DNA of 62,183 nt from an uncultured Alphaproteobacteria bacterium (lineage in GTDB: Bacteria; Pseudomonadota; Alphaproteobacteria; UBA828): positions 1 through 62,183 of the forward strand of contig CAJXFT010000002.1 of the NCBI GenBank assembly GCA_913053235.1, in the 5' to 3' direction. The position numbers and the translations under genes are program-made. The notes below the pieces were generated by a model. It saw only the letters and a program-made list of their open reading frames with translations. It did no database searches and was not told where the DNA came from. Numbering within the stretch: position 1 is the first letter of the stretch; the number at the start of each line of letters is the position of its first letter. Shown one piece after another: positions 47,730 through 57,626 of the stretch.

Positions 47730-48895
47730 GATTCTATGGCGGCGCAGGCGCGCTCCACCGCCGCGCAGGCTTCGTCGATCTCCGCCTCGCCGATGATCAG
47801 CGGCGGCAGCAAGCGCAACACATTGCCGTCGGCGACGACGCTGAGCAAGCCCTGCTCGCGCAACTCAGCCATCAATTCGAGATTGGAATCGGTGCATTGC
47901 AGGCCCAGCATCAGGCCGCTGCCGCGCACCTCCGAGAATACCCGCTTGTTGCCGATCAGGCCTTCGAGACGCTGGCGCAACAAGGCGCCCATGCGCTCGG
48001 CATGGGCGAGAAAGCCGTCCGCCAGCATTTCATCGAGCACCGCATTGGCGACCGACATGGCGAGCGGATTGCCGCCGAAGGTGGTGCCGTGCTTGCCGGG
48101 GACGAGGGTCTCGGCGGCCGCCTCGGTGGCCAGCACGGCGCCGATCGGGAAGCCGTTGCCGAGCGCCTTCGCGACGGCCATGATATCCGGCGCGACACCC
48201 GGCCATTCGTGCGCCCAGAGCTTTCCCGTGCGCCCCATGCCGCATTGGATTTCGTCATAGATGAGCAGGATTCCGGCAGCGTCGCAAAGCGCTCTGAGGC
48301 CGGCCAGGAACGCCTTGTCGGCGATGTGAATGCCGCCCTCGCCCTGCACCGGCTCGACCAGGATGGCGGCGGTCTCGGGCCCGACAGCGGCCTTGGCGGC
48401 GTCGAGATCGTTAAGGGCGACTTGGTCGAAGCCATCGACCCGGGGCCCGAAACCGTCGAGATGCTTGGCCTGTCCGCCGGCCGCGATGGTGGCCAGGGTG
48501 CGGCCATGAAAGGCGTTGACGACGGTGACAACGCGGTAGCGCTCGGGCGCGCCGGTGCTGCTGTGATGGATGCGCGCCATCTTCAGCGACGCCTCGACGG
48601 CCTCGGCGCCGGAATTGCAGAAGAACACCCTGTCGGCGAAGGAATGGGCGGTGAGGCGCTCGGCGAGACGCGTTTGCGGGTCGATATTATAGAGGTTGGA
48701 GACGTGCCAGACCTTGTCCGCCTGATCCTTCAGGGCCTTGGTCACCCGCGGATGCGCATGGCCCAGGCTGGTGACGCCGATGCCGCTGGCGAAATCGAGA
48801 AACCGCCTGCCGTCATCGGCATAAAGATAGGCGCCCTCGCCGCGCTCGAAGGCGACATCGATACGGGCGTAATTCTGTACCAGTGCGGTGGACAC
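47726..48895 (-). CDS. argD: Acetylornithine/succinyldiaminopimelate aminotransferase (class-III PLP)
   Basis: 389 aa. FLDFASGIGVTSLGHAHP, FFCNSGAEAVE, LIYDEIQCGMGRTGKLWAHEW and TFGGNPLA. Sits upstream of argF as in many alphaproteobacteria. Confidence 0.9.
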   Translation of the reverse strand: MSTALVQNYARIDVAFERGEGAYLYADDGRRFLDFASGIGVTSLGHAHPRVTKALKDQADKVWHVSNLYNIDPQTRLAERLTAHSFADRVFFCNSGAEAVEASLKMARIHHSSTGAPERYRVVTVVNAFHGRTLATIAAGGQAKHLDGFGPRVDGFDQVALNDLDAAKAAVGPETAAILVEPVQGEGGIHIADKAFLAGLRALCDAAGILLIYDEIQCGMGRTGKLWAHEWPGVAPDIMAVAKALGNGFPIGAVLATEAAAETLVPGKHGTTFGGNPLAMSVANAVLDEMLADGFLAHAERMGALLRQRLEGLIGNKRVFSEVRGSGLMLGLQCTDSNLELMAELREQGLLSVVADGNVLRLLPPLIIGEAEIDEACAAVERACAAIES

Positions 48896-48998
48896 GATTT
48901 CCTCCTGGCCCCTTATTTCAAGGAGCGATTGCTCGTATTGACTGCGTCAGCGCAGCGAATATCGGGCCGCGCGCTCCGGAAGTCAACGCACCCTCCGA

Positions 48999-49805
48999 TT
49001 ATGACTTGAGGCGGTATCCCTTGGTAAGAATTCTATGGCATATCAACCACATAACGGCAACGCAGCCGAGCACCACGGCGGCGCCCACGGCGAGCGAACC
49101 GTCGGCATGGCCGATCATGCCGTAGCGGAAGCCGTCGATCAGATAAAAGAAGGGGTTGAACTTGCTCGCCGTAAAAAGCGGCTCCGGCAGCCGATCGATG
49201 GAATAGAAGGTGCCGGAGAGAAAGGCCAGCGGCGTGACGACAAAATTCGTCACCGCCGCCAATTGATCGAATTTCTCGGCCCAGATCGCCGTCAACAGGC
49301 CGAGCAGCGAGAGCATCAGCGACGCCGCCAAGGCGTGCAGCAGCAGGAAGCCGAAATTGTGCACCTCGAGATGAACGAAGGGCAGGATCACCAGCGACAG
49401 CATCAGCGCCACCGTGAGGCCGCGCGAGACGCCGCCGAAGGCGAAGCCGATGAGCAATTCGCCCGGGCTCAAGGGCGGCATCAGCACATCGACGACATTG
49501 CCCTGCACCTTGGAGATCATCAGCGAAGAAGAAGTGTTGGCGAAGGAATTCTGCATTATCGCCATGACGATCAGGCCGGGCGCCATGAACTGCAAAAAGC
49601 TGACGCCGCCGAGCTCCGGCATCGAACGCCCGATGGCGAGCGCGAAAACGGCGAGAAACAGCATGCTGGTGATGATCGGTGCGACAATCGTCTGCAGCCA
49701 GACCTTGAAGAAGCGGCGGCATTCCTTGCCGTAGAGCGTGCCAAGGCCGACCCAATTGACGGCGCCGATATGGCGCTCGGGCGGCATCTGCCGGCTGTTA
49801 TCCAC
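48999..49805 (-). CDS. ABC-2 type transporter permease (no cognate ATPase in the window)
   Basis: 268 aa, six hydrophobic helices. YGKECRRFFKVWLQTIVAPIITSMLF is typical of ABC-2/YadH-like permeases. Confidence 0.8.
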   Translation of the reverse strand: MDNSRQMPPERHIGAVNWVGLGTLYGKECRRFFKVWLQTIVAPIITSMLFLAVFALAIGRSMPELGGVSFLQFMAPGLIVMAIMQNSFANTSSSLMISKVQGNVVDVLMPPLSPGELLIGFAFGGVSRGLTVALMLSLVILPFVHLEVHNFGFLLLHALAASLMLSLLGLLTAIWAEKFDQLAAVTNFVVTPLAFLSGTFYSIDRLPEPLFTASKFNPFFYLIDGFRYGMIGHADGSLAVGAAVVLGCVAVMWLICHRILTKGYRLKS

Positions 49806-49823
49806 CTCGGGCCGTCAGTTCCG

Positions 49824-52166
49824 CTAGAAGCCGTCGCCGCCGTCGCCGCCGTCATCCTCGCCCGCCGCGGCGGGGGATTTTCGCGCTACCGGGACCGGTT
49901 TGCGATCCTTGCCCGGCTGCTTCGAGCGCGGCGCGTTGTCTTTGCTGTCCTCGAGGGTGATGAAGGCGGGCGGCGCATGGCCCTCTTTGTCCTCGCCGAA
50001 ATAGACGGTTTGGTGCGGGAACGGCATTTCGATTCCGCGCGCATCGAACGCGGCCTTGAGGCGGCGGTTATATTCGCGCCCGATGGACCATTGCATCGCC
50101 GGCTCGGTCTTGAGACGGGCGCGCACGATGACGGCGGAATCCTCGAAACGGTCGAGGCCCATGATGCTGATGGGCTCGAGAATATCGCCGCCGAAATCGG
50201 CATCGGCGCGTAAATCCTCGCCGACCTCGCGCATGATTTCGGCGACCTCGTCGTAATTTTCGCGGTAGGCGACACCGGCCTCGACCAGATAATAAGAGTA
50301 ATCCTTGGTCATGTTGGTGACGGTCGAAGCGGCGCTGAAGGGAATGGTGTGGACGTTGCCGCGCACATCCCTGAGGCGGATGGAGCGGATGGAAATGGTC
50401 TCGACGACGCCCGAGGCGCCGCCGACGCTGACCACATCGCCGACGGCAAGGCTGTTCTCCAAGAGAATGAAGATGCCGGTGATGACATCCTTGACCAGCG
50501 TCTGGGCGCCGAACCCGATGGCCAGGCCGATGACGCCGACGCCGGCCAGGATCGGCGTCACGTCGATGCCGATTTCCGTCAGGATCATCAAAAGTGCGAC
50601 GATGCCGATGACGATTCTGAGCGCATTGCGCGCCAGCGGCAACAATGTGCGCGCCCGTTGGCCGCGCTCCTTCTGCTCGCCTTCCTCGTCGGTGGCGCTG
50701 AGATAGCGGTCGATCATCGAGCTGGCGATCTCCCAAATCGCCAGCGCGACGAGGGCGATGGCGATGATCGAGGCGATGCGGCCGATGACGATGCGCCCGG
50801 TCTCGGTGGCGAGCCAGGTAAAGACGTCTATATTCCACGATTCGGCGACCAGGATGACGGCCAGCGCGATGACCAGCAGCTGCACGATAACGCGCGTCAC
50901 CGGCAGGTAGCGGTTGACCCGCTCCTGCATGCCGGGATAGCGCGCGCTGACGTCGGGGCGCAGGCGAAAGCCGTGGTCGACGGCTTTCTGGATGCCGATC
51001 AGGGCGAAGCCCATGGCCCAGATAATGGCGATGCTGGCGGCCGAGCTTTTGAGGAAAAAGAGAAAGCCGTTCAGCCCCAGCGCCGCCGCCAGCATGCCGC
51101 CGGCGAGAACGTAGAGGATCGCCAGAATGTGCCAGAAATCGGCGACCCGGTAGGCGACGAGAAAAAAGGCGCGCCAGCGCTTGCGCTCGCCGCCGGAGCG
51201 GATCCAGGTGGCGAAGGTGACCCTGTTTTGCAGGATCAGCGAAATCAACAGGGCCACCACGATAATGCCGAGCACCTTCACCAGCGCCAGATAGCCGACC
51301 TCGGGCAGGCCCAGCAGCAGGACCGCCTGGCAGATGAAATAGCCGTAAACCCCAATATTGATGAGACGGCGCCACCAGATGACGCAATAAACGGCGGTGC
51401 GGTCGCTGATGGTGGCCATGCGGAGATTCGGTGTCCACGGCGCCAGGCCCTGATTGGCCGCCGCCTTGAGGAGGACAGCGATGACATGGGCGTTAATCGC
51501 CGACAGCGCCACCAGGCGCACCACCTCATGCGGATCGAGCACCGTCAGAAGCCCGTAACCGGCACCGGCGAAGGCCAGCGCCGGCACCACGCGCAGCAAA
51601 TTGTAACCGAGCAGCATCAACGGGCGCAGCCATGGATTGGGGCGCGGCACGGATTCCAGGAAGCGCCGCGGCCGGCGCAGGCCGAACGAGAAAATAAACG
51701 CGGCGATGATGCCGCCGCCGATCACCACCGCCAGTTTCCACACCATTTCAGTCCAGATATCGCGCGATTCCGCCGCCGACCATTCATCGCCCAGCCAACG
51801 CGCGGCTTCGGGTATGTCGGCGAGACCCCTGGCAAATCTGACCAGTTCGCCGCCCACGTGCTCGAGGCCATCGGAAATATTCTTCAGGGCAGAGGCGCCG
51901 GCGCTGGTACTCTCGCCGTTTTCGCCGAGCGCCGCGCGCGCCGCCAACAAGGCCTTGAGATCGTCGAGAAAGCGTTCGCGCTCGGCCGGGTCTTCGAGCG
52001 TCTCGACAAACTCGGCGAGCTCGTCATTGTTGAGCGCCACCGCGTTTTCGGCCTCGGCCGCCGCAGGTGAAGATAGCGGGGCGAGCAGGAGGCAACAGGC
52101 AAGCAGCGCGGCCAGCGCGATCAAAAACCGGCCGCCGCGCCGGCCCGGGAGAGGCGTTCGCGTCAT
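49824..52166 (-). CDS. Mechanosensitive ion channel family protein (large MscS/MscK-like)
   Basis: 780 aa. N-terminal signal/anchor, about 11 TM helices, and the MscS core GVIGLAIGFGAQTLVKDVITGIFILLENSLAVGDVVSVGGASGVVETISIRSIRLRD. Acidic/Gly-rich tail. Confidence 0.85.
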   Translation of the reverse strand: MTRTPLPGRRGGRFLIALAALLACCLLLAPLSSPAAAEAENAVALNNDELAEFVETLEDPAERERFLDDLKALLAARAALGENGESTSAGASALKNISDGLEHVGGELVRFARGLADIPEAARWLGDEWSAAESRDIWTEMVWKLAVVIGGGIIAAFIFSFGLRRPRRFLESVPRPNPWLRPLMLLGYNLLRVVPALAFAGAGYGLLTVLDPHEVVRLVALSAINAHVIAVLLKAAANQGLAPWTPNLRMATISDRTAVYCVIWWRRLINIGVYGYFICQAVLLLGLPEVGYLALVKVLGIIVVALLISLILQNRVTFATWIRSGGERKRWRAFFLVAYRVADFWHILAILYVLAGGMLAAALGLNGFLFFLKSSAASIAIIWAMGFALIGIQKAVDHGFRLRPDVSARYPGMQERVNRYLPVTRVIVQLLVIALAVILVAESWNIDVFTWLATETGRIVIGRIASIIAIALVALAIWEIASSMIDRYLSATDEEGEQKERGQRARTLLPLARNALRIVIGIVALLMILTEIGIDVTPILAGVGVIGLAIGFGAQTLVKDVITGIFILLENSLAVGDVVSVGGASGVVETISIRSIRLRDVRGNVHTIPFSAASTVTNMTKDYSYYLVEAGVAYRENYDEVAEIMREVGEDLRADADFGGDILEPISIMGLDRFEDSAVIVRARLKTEPAMQWSIGREYNRRLKAAFDARGIEMPFPHQTVYFGEDKEGHAPPAFITLEDSKDNAPRSKQPGKDRKPVPVARKSPAAAGEDDGGDGGDGF

Positions 52167-52525
52167 GAAATACCGCTGCCGGGCGGGCGCGGGGCGCGCC
52201 GGATTTCATTCAGTTCAAGATACATTCAGCGCAACAAACCCCGCCCGGCGAAATTTTTCAACAATTTCCTCGATTTACACGCCGCCGGCACGGGCGAAAC
52301 CACCCCTGCCGTCGGCGTGCCGGAGCGAGAAGGCCCCCCGATTCGGGGCTGTATTCTGTCGCGTCGAATTGGTGGCGGTCGCCGGAATGGACAGTGAGCG
52401 AAGTTCGAAACTCGTTCGAAAGTCGCGGCGGAACTCGCTTCGTGAAAGAGCCGTCTTGGCGGGCAGGTCGAAGGTTACAAACGCTCACTGACGAGCTTCA
52501 AAAGCTTCTGCTCAACCTGTTGTGG

Positions 52526-52867
52526 CTAATAGGGTTTGGTGAGGTATGCGTCGACCGCGAATTCCTTGGCGGCATTGACGGAGTCCATATCCGCCTTACC
52601 CGTGACCATCATGAAAGGCATATCCGGATACACGGTACGGACCTCCTGGAGTAATTCGAGACCTGACATCCGAGGCATCTGCCAGTCGCACACGATAAAA
52701 TCCACCAGTTCCGGAGCTTCTTCCAGGAAATCCAAGGCGGCCCTTCCGTCTTGCGCCGTATAGATCTGGTTGATGCGGATTCCCTTGAGCACCATCTTCA
52801 TGAGCGCCAGTGCGCTCTTGTTGTCTTCCACCAACAGAACCTTGAGATCGGTCAATGCTATTGCCAT
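52526..52867 (-). CDS. CheY-like single-domain response regulator, terminated by an in-frame TAG just after the conserved KP(Y) (alpha-5 helix coded downstream in frame)
   Basis: 113 aa. VEDN acidic pair, phospho-acceptor CDWQMP, MVTG, and TKPY then TAG (52526-52528). Continuing in frame gives PQQVEQKLLKLVSERL then TAA (52475-52477). Confidence 0.8.
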   Translation of the reverse strand: MAIALTDLKVLLVEDNKSALALMKMVLKGIRINQIYTAQDGRAALDFLEEAPELVDFIVCDWQMPRMSGLELLQEVRTVYPDMPFMMVTGKADMDSVNAAKEFAVDAYLTKPY

Positions 52868-52935
52868 TGGACATACCTATTCTCAGTGGCGTCGAGTCGC
52901 GGGATTGCAACGGGTCACGCCAAATCCAACCCTAT

Positions 52936-55900
52936 TCACATTGCGTAGCGCGCCTTCAGCGCGGCGACCGCCCTACCGACCGCCTCATCAATGGCCGGAG
53001 CCAAAGTCAGGGCTTCCTCCTGGCGCTTCTCCAGGCAGGCGTGTTCGAGGTCTTTCGCGAGATATTGAACCTCAAGCATACCGATGGCGCCGCAACTGCC
53101 CTTCAGGTCATGTGCCAGCTCGCCCACGTCATCGAACGCCCCTGCTTCAACCGCCTCCATAAGCCGCTGAACGCATGCGCGCGAATCGGATACCTGGTCC
53201 TTTACCAAGGTGGCGAACTGGTCCTTGGGCAGGAACGCCTGCCAATCCTTCAACATCCTTGGGTCGAGAATTTTCACCGCTTCGTCGACGGCAACCGGAT
53301 CCGACGCTGGCGCCCGGTCAATTTCATCGCCGCCGCCGCCCCAGACGTTTACCGCCGCCACGAGCTTCTTCCGGTCCAGCGGTTTTGACAAATAATCATT
53401 CATACCGGCCACCAGGAACTTCTCCCTGTCACCCTTCATCGCGTTCGCGGTCAAGGCGATGATCGGTATGCGCCCCTTCTCGCCGCCCAATTCGCGAATC
53501 CTCGCGGTGGCCTGGACACCGTCCATTTCGGGCATGTTCACATCCATCAAGACCAGGTCGTAGGAAGCCCGGCGGACCGCCTCGACGGCTTCCAGGCCGT
53601 TGTTCGCGATGCCCACCCGATGGCCTCGCTTTTCCAGCGTCGCCTTGGCGAGCAACTGATTCGTCCGATTGTCTTCAGCCAATAGAATCTCCAACCGGCG
53701 TGTCGGCTGCGTCTCGACACCGTCGGTGGGCGTCTTGCGCCCGATTTCGCCACTGGGTTTCGTGCCAACCTCTCCACCGGTTCCGCGGACGTTGAGGAGA
53801 GCATGAAACAATGCGGATTGTCGAACCGGTTTGCAGAGACAGTCTTGAAATCCGATCCGCCGCAACCGGTCCAAGTCCTCGCGCAAATTCAAAGAGTTCG
53901 CAAGGATCAGTTTGGTCGGAGCGAGCTCGGGTGTTTGCTTGATCTTTCGGGCCAGTTCCTCGCCGTCCATTTTCGGCATGGCGTGATCGACAATCGCCGC
54001 GTCGAAAGAGCGGCCGGACTCAAGCGCTTCCCGCATTGCCGACAATGCCGCTTCGCCGTCGGCGGCAAAGGCCCCATCGATCCCCCAGGAGGCGAGTTGC
54101 TTTTCGAAAATCGTCCTGTTGAGTTGGATGTCGTCGACGACCAAGACGCGCAGCGCCGACAATTCCTCGATCGGCGCGGCGTTTTGTCCGAAACTGCCCG
54201 AAACTTCACCAAAACGGCCGGTAAAAAAGAAGGTGTTGCCTTTTGTCGGCCTGGATTTCACGCCTATCTCGCCGTCCATCAATGCGACAAGCTGCGAACA
54301 GATGGCGAGCCCGAGGCCGGTGCCTCCGTAACGTCTTGTCGTTGAACTGTCGGCCTGGGTGAACTTTTCGAAGAGCTTGGTTTGCGCCTCCTCGGGAATG
54401 CCAATTCCGGTATCCGTCACTTCGAATCGCAGCAATGCCTTGCCGTCCTCAACCGCGACAAACGATGCGGTAATCGCGACCGAGCCCGTATCCGTGAATT
54501 TGATCGCGTTGCCCACCAGATTGAGCAATATTTGGCGCAACCGGCCCGGATCGCCATTAAGAAATTCGGGCATGTCCGGCGCCACGAATGTGACCAGATC
54601 GAGGCCTTGTTCCGTAGCCTGGGGTCCCAGCAATTCCACCACTCCCTCAATGACCTCGACGAGGTTGAAATCGATCAATTCAAGCTCGAACTTGCCAGTC
54701 TCAAGCTTGGAAAAATCAAGGATATCGTTGATGATCGTGAGCAGGGCTTGCGCGGAATTCTGTACCGCCATCGCATATTGCCCCTGCTCCTCGTCAAGGG
54801 GTGTGTCCAACAGCAATTCAGCCATGCCTGTCACGCCGTTCATCGGCGTGCGGATCTCATGGCTCATGGTGGCGAGAAAATCGGACTTCATCCGATCGGC
54901 GCGTTCCGCTTCTACTTTCGCGGCCAGGATTTTTTCCTGCGATGCCTTGCGTTCGAAAGAACGTCCGAGCTGCGTGCCGACATGGTTCATGACGGCGGCG
55001 ATAGATCCCCCGTCTTTTCTCTTCTCCGTGGAATAAAATTCCAGGACGGCGACAACATCCTTGCCGGCCAGAACCGGCTGGGCGTATCCGCTTCTTATGC
55101 CGATCTCGGCGGCGACTTCCGACCTCAGGAAATTTTGATCGATAAAGGGTTCATCAAGCCAGGCGGGAATTCCATTGGCATAGACATTGCCAATCCAAAA
55201 CGCACCCGACTTAAATCGGGTGCTCTCCGTAGTACTTCGAAATGGCTCGAAACGTTCCGGCTCCGACAGTTGCCAGATTCCACCGCTCTTGAATTCGTTA
55301 TCGCTATCGACAGTTGGAACGAGTATATGTCCAATTTGAAACCCGGTATGAGCGCAGACAAGATCCAAGCAAATCGGGATCGCCTTTTCAGGCGTTTTCG
55401 CCTCGTTGACCGCGACGGCGATGGACTGAAACAGATCCAACAGAGCGACATTGTCCTTGAGGTCGATGTACTGCTTCTTAAGTATCCGGTTGGCATGACG
55501 GACGATAAAAAACAGGATCAGGTACAATGCCGCGAACGCCAACACCAAGCCGACCAATATTTTTGTCGTCGTCATTTCGATGTTGGCCATGAGGGGCGTG
55601 ACGTCGGAATAAAGCTCGAAGACCCCCTCCACCGGACCATCGCCTTGCATGATCGGAAGATAGCTTTCAACCAGGCTGCGGTCCTCGACGACGCCGTCGA
55701 ATGAAGGAAAGGTCTCGCGGAACGATAGTTTGCTGGCCGGCATGCCGTTTCGAACGGTGCTCATGAAGGCGGAATTGCCGCTCTTGTCGGCTCCCATTTG
55801 AGCGGCTTCCGACGAGAACACCGTAAGCCCGCCGGGATGGTACATCTTGACCTTGAGCACCGGCAGCCCCGACGACAGCTCTTGCAGCTTTTCATGGATC

Positions 55901-56142
55901 TCCCGGGTTTCGGGGCGCGCCCTCAAGGCGTCTCCATCAAGCCCCGGCGCCGCCCCGACATAGGCGGAGAACTCGGGCCAAATCGCATTGGCGAAGGACC
56001 GCGCCAACACCACGTTCTGGTTTTCCACATGTTCGACGAGTTCGCTAATCGCGTTCTGCCGGTACAGATACGCCGCCGCGACGCTCATTACGAGCAGGAC
56101 AAACGCGCTCGTAAAGGAGAAATAGCGGAGGAGATTGAACAT
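52936..56142 (-). CDS. Hybrid sensor histidine kinase (2 TM + periplasmic sensor, GAF, HisKA, HATPase_c, two REC domains, HPt)
   Basis: 1068 aa. H-box SHEIRTPMNGV, N-box LLNLVGNAIKFT, G-boxes DTGIGI and GGTGLGLAI. REC domains at VLVVDDIQLN..IVDHAMPKMDG and ILLAEDNRTN..LMDVNMPEMDG. HPt motif ELAHDLKGSCGAIG. Confidence 0.9.
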   Translation of the reverse strand: MFNLLRYFSFTSAFVLLVMSVAAAYLYRQNAISELVEHVENQNVVLARSFANAIWPEFSAYVGAAPGLDGDALRARPETREIHEKLQELSSGLPVLKVKMYHPGGLTVFSSEAAQMGADKSGNSAFMSTVRNGMPASKLSFRETFPSFDGVVEDRSLVESYLPIMQGDGPVEGVFELYSDVTPLMANIEMTTTKILVGLVLAFAALYLILFFIVRHANRILKKQYIDLKDNVALLDLFQSIAVAVNEAKTPEKAIPICLDLVCAHTGFQIGHILVPTVDSDNEFKSGGIWQLSEPERFEPFRSTTESTRFKSGAFWIGNVYANGIPAWLDEPFIDQNFLRSEVAAEIGIRSGYAQPVLAGKDVVAVLEFYSTEKRKDGGSIAAVMNHVGTQLGRSFERKASQEKILAAKVEAERADRMKSDFLATMSHEIRTPMNGVTGMAELLLDTPLDEEQGQYAMAVQNSAQALLTIINDILDFSKLETGKFELELIDFNLVEVIEGVVELLGPQATEQGLDLVTFVAPDMPEFLNGDPGRLRQILLNLVGNAIKFTDTGSVAITASFVAVEDGKALLRFEVTDTGIGIPEEAQTKLFEKFTQADSSTTRRYGGTGLGLAICSQLVALMDGEIGVKSRPTKGNTFFFTGRFGEVSGSFGQNAAPIEELSALRVLVVDDIQLNRTIFEKQLASWGIDGAFAADGEAALSAMREALESGRSFDAAIVDHAMPKMDGEELARKIKQTPELAPTKLILANSLNLREDLDRLRRIGFQDCLCKPVRQSALFHALLNVRGTGGEVGTKPSGEIGRKTPTDGVETQPTRRLEILLAEDNRTNQLLAKATLEKRGHRVGIANNGLEAVEAVRRASYDLVLMDVNMPEMDGVQATARIRELGGEKGRIPIIALTANAMKGDREKFLVAGMNDYLSKPLDRKKLVAAVNVWGGGGDEIDRAPASDPVAVDEAVKILDPRMLKDWQAFLPKDQFATLVKDQVSDSRACVQRLMEAVEAGAFDDVGELAHDLKGSCGAIGMLEVQYLAKDLEHACLEKRQEEALTLAPAIDEAVGRAVAALKARYAM

Positions 56143-56666
56143 CGTTTGCCGGCCTATCTAAGTTGTCAAACCTTTCATCCCGAGACCGGCGAACGCCGCG
56201 GACGAACGGGAAACGACTTTCGATAACCTCTTTTCGCTCATGACCTGATGGTCCGAGAACGTTGTGCGGGCAATAATGTGATTGCAACGTTAGCAAAGGA
56301 TTAAACCGGCATTTCCCGAATAGCCTTCAAATCGGCGGCGGCCACACCCGCATCGCGGCGCCGTCCGGGCGTATCTCCGTCTTGCTTTTCGTCACGCCGA
56401 CGACACCGCCTCGCGGCCGGTCGGCAATTGGGCGGGATGCATGGGTGGTCGGGAGGCATGGGCCGAGCCAATAGCCGCGCCCAAGCCAGCCGCCAGAAAA
56501 ATCCGGCCGCGTACCATAAACGATTGAAATAAAATACATATCAATACTTCCCTATCGCCCGCTAAAGTATGGACAGCTTTCAGCCGGCGTGACAGATTGG
56601 CCATGGCGGCCGGAACAGAGCCCAAAGGAGAGGCTCCCGCCCGCGCCCTACCAATACGAGCAACCC

Positions 56667-57626
56667 ATGCCGCCTGCCATCGTCTTTCATCCCGACTATA
56701 CGGTGCCGCTGCCGCCCGGCCACCGTTTCCCGATCGGCAAGTTCGGCCGCATCAAGGAATTGTTGCTGGCCGACGCGGTGATCGGCCATGCGGCGCTGCG
56801 CCGGCCCGAGCCGGTGACCGAGGACGAGCTTTGCCGCGCCCATGATCCCGACTATGTCGCCACGATTCTCGGTCTTACACTCGACAAGAAGTCCGAGCGG
56901 CGCCTCGGACTGCCATTGTCGGCGGCCTTGGTGCGGCGCGGGCGCGCCGCCGTCGGCGGCACCCTCCTGACGGCGCGCCTCGCCCTCGAAGACGGCCTGG
57001 CCTGCAATATCGCCGGCGGCAGCCATCACGCCTTTCCCGGCCACGGCGCCGGCTTTTGCATCTTCAACGACGTCGCGGTGACGATCGAAGTGCTGCGCCG
57101 CGACCAAGCCTTGCGGACGGCACTGGTGATCGATTGCGATGTCCATCAGGGCGACGGCACGGCGGCCTTCTTCCGGGACGCGCCCGACATATTCACTTTT
57201 TCGCTCCATTGCGAGGCCAATTATCCGCCCACCAAGGAAGTCAGCGATTTGGACATCGGCGTGCCGGCGGGAACCGGCGACGATGTCTATCTCTCGGTGG
57301 TCGAGAGCCATGTCGGGCCGCTTCTGGATTCGCACCGGCCCGACATCGTTTTTTACAATGCCGGCGTCGATCCGCACGTTGATGACAAGCTCGGCAAGCT
57401 GGCGCTCAGCGATGCCGGGCTTCGCGCACGCGACGATCACGTCATGGAATGCTGCATGCGGCGCGGCGCGGCGCTGGCCTGCGTGGTCGGCGGCGGCTAT
57501 GCCGACGATCTCGATGTTCTGGCGCGCCGCCACGGCATCCTGCACCGCGCCGCCACGGCCGCAGCCGCGGCCGCGGCGCGCGAAAGCGGCAAAATGCGAC
57601 AGCGACAACAGGGGAGAGCGATATGA
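56667..57626 (+). CDS. Histone-deacetylase-family (HDAC/AcuC-like) Zn-dependent deacetylase
   Basis: Start moved to ATG 56667 (MPPAIVFHPDY). Motifs AGGSHHAFPGHGAGFCIFNDVAV, IDCDVHQGDGT and GGGY. Confidence 0.85.
   Translation: MPPAIVFHPDYTVPLPPGHRFPIGKFGRIKELLLADAVIGHAALRRPEPVTEDELCRAHDPDYVATILGLTLDKKSERRLGLPLSAALVRRGRAAVGGTLLTARLALEDGLACNIAGGSHHAFPGHGAGFCIFNDVAVTIEVLRRDQALRTALVIDCDVHQGDGTAAFFRDAPDIFTFSLHCEANYPPTKEVSDLDIGVPAGTGDDVYLSVVESHVGPLLDSHRPDIVFYNAGVDPHVDDKLGKLALSDAGLRARDDHVMECCMRRGAALACVVGGGYADDLDVLARRHGILHRAATAAAAAAARESGKMRQRQQGRAI

Noticed and set aside
48999-49805. Orphan ABC-2 permease as a sign of gene loss or rearrangement.
   Set aside because: The gene is intact and well formed. 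The cognate ATPase may simply be encoded elsewhere, so there is no evidence of disruption within the window.
56143-56666. The 520-bp divergent intergenic region between the hybrid kinase and HDAC genes as a site of an sRNA or small ORF (ORFs 56327-56539 and 56392-56625).
   Set aside because: No conserved-looking structure, promoter/terminator pair or plausible small protein was found. The candidate ORFs are Gly/Arg/Pro-rich antisense-type frames.
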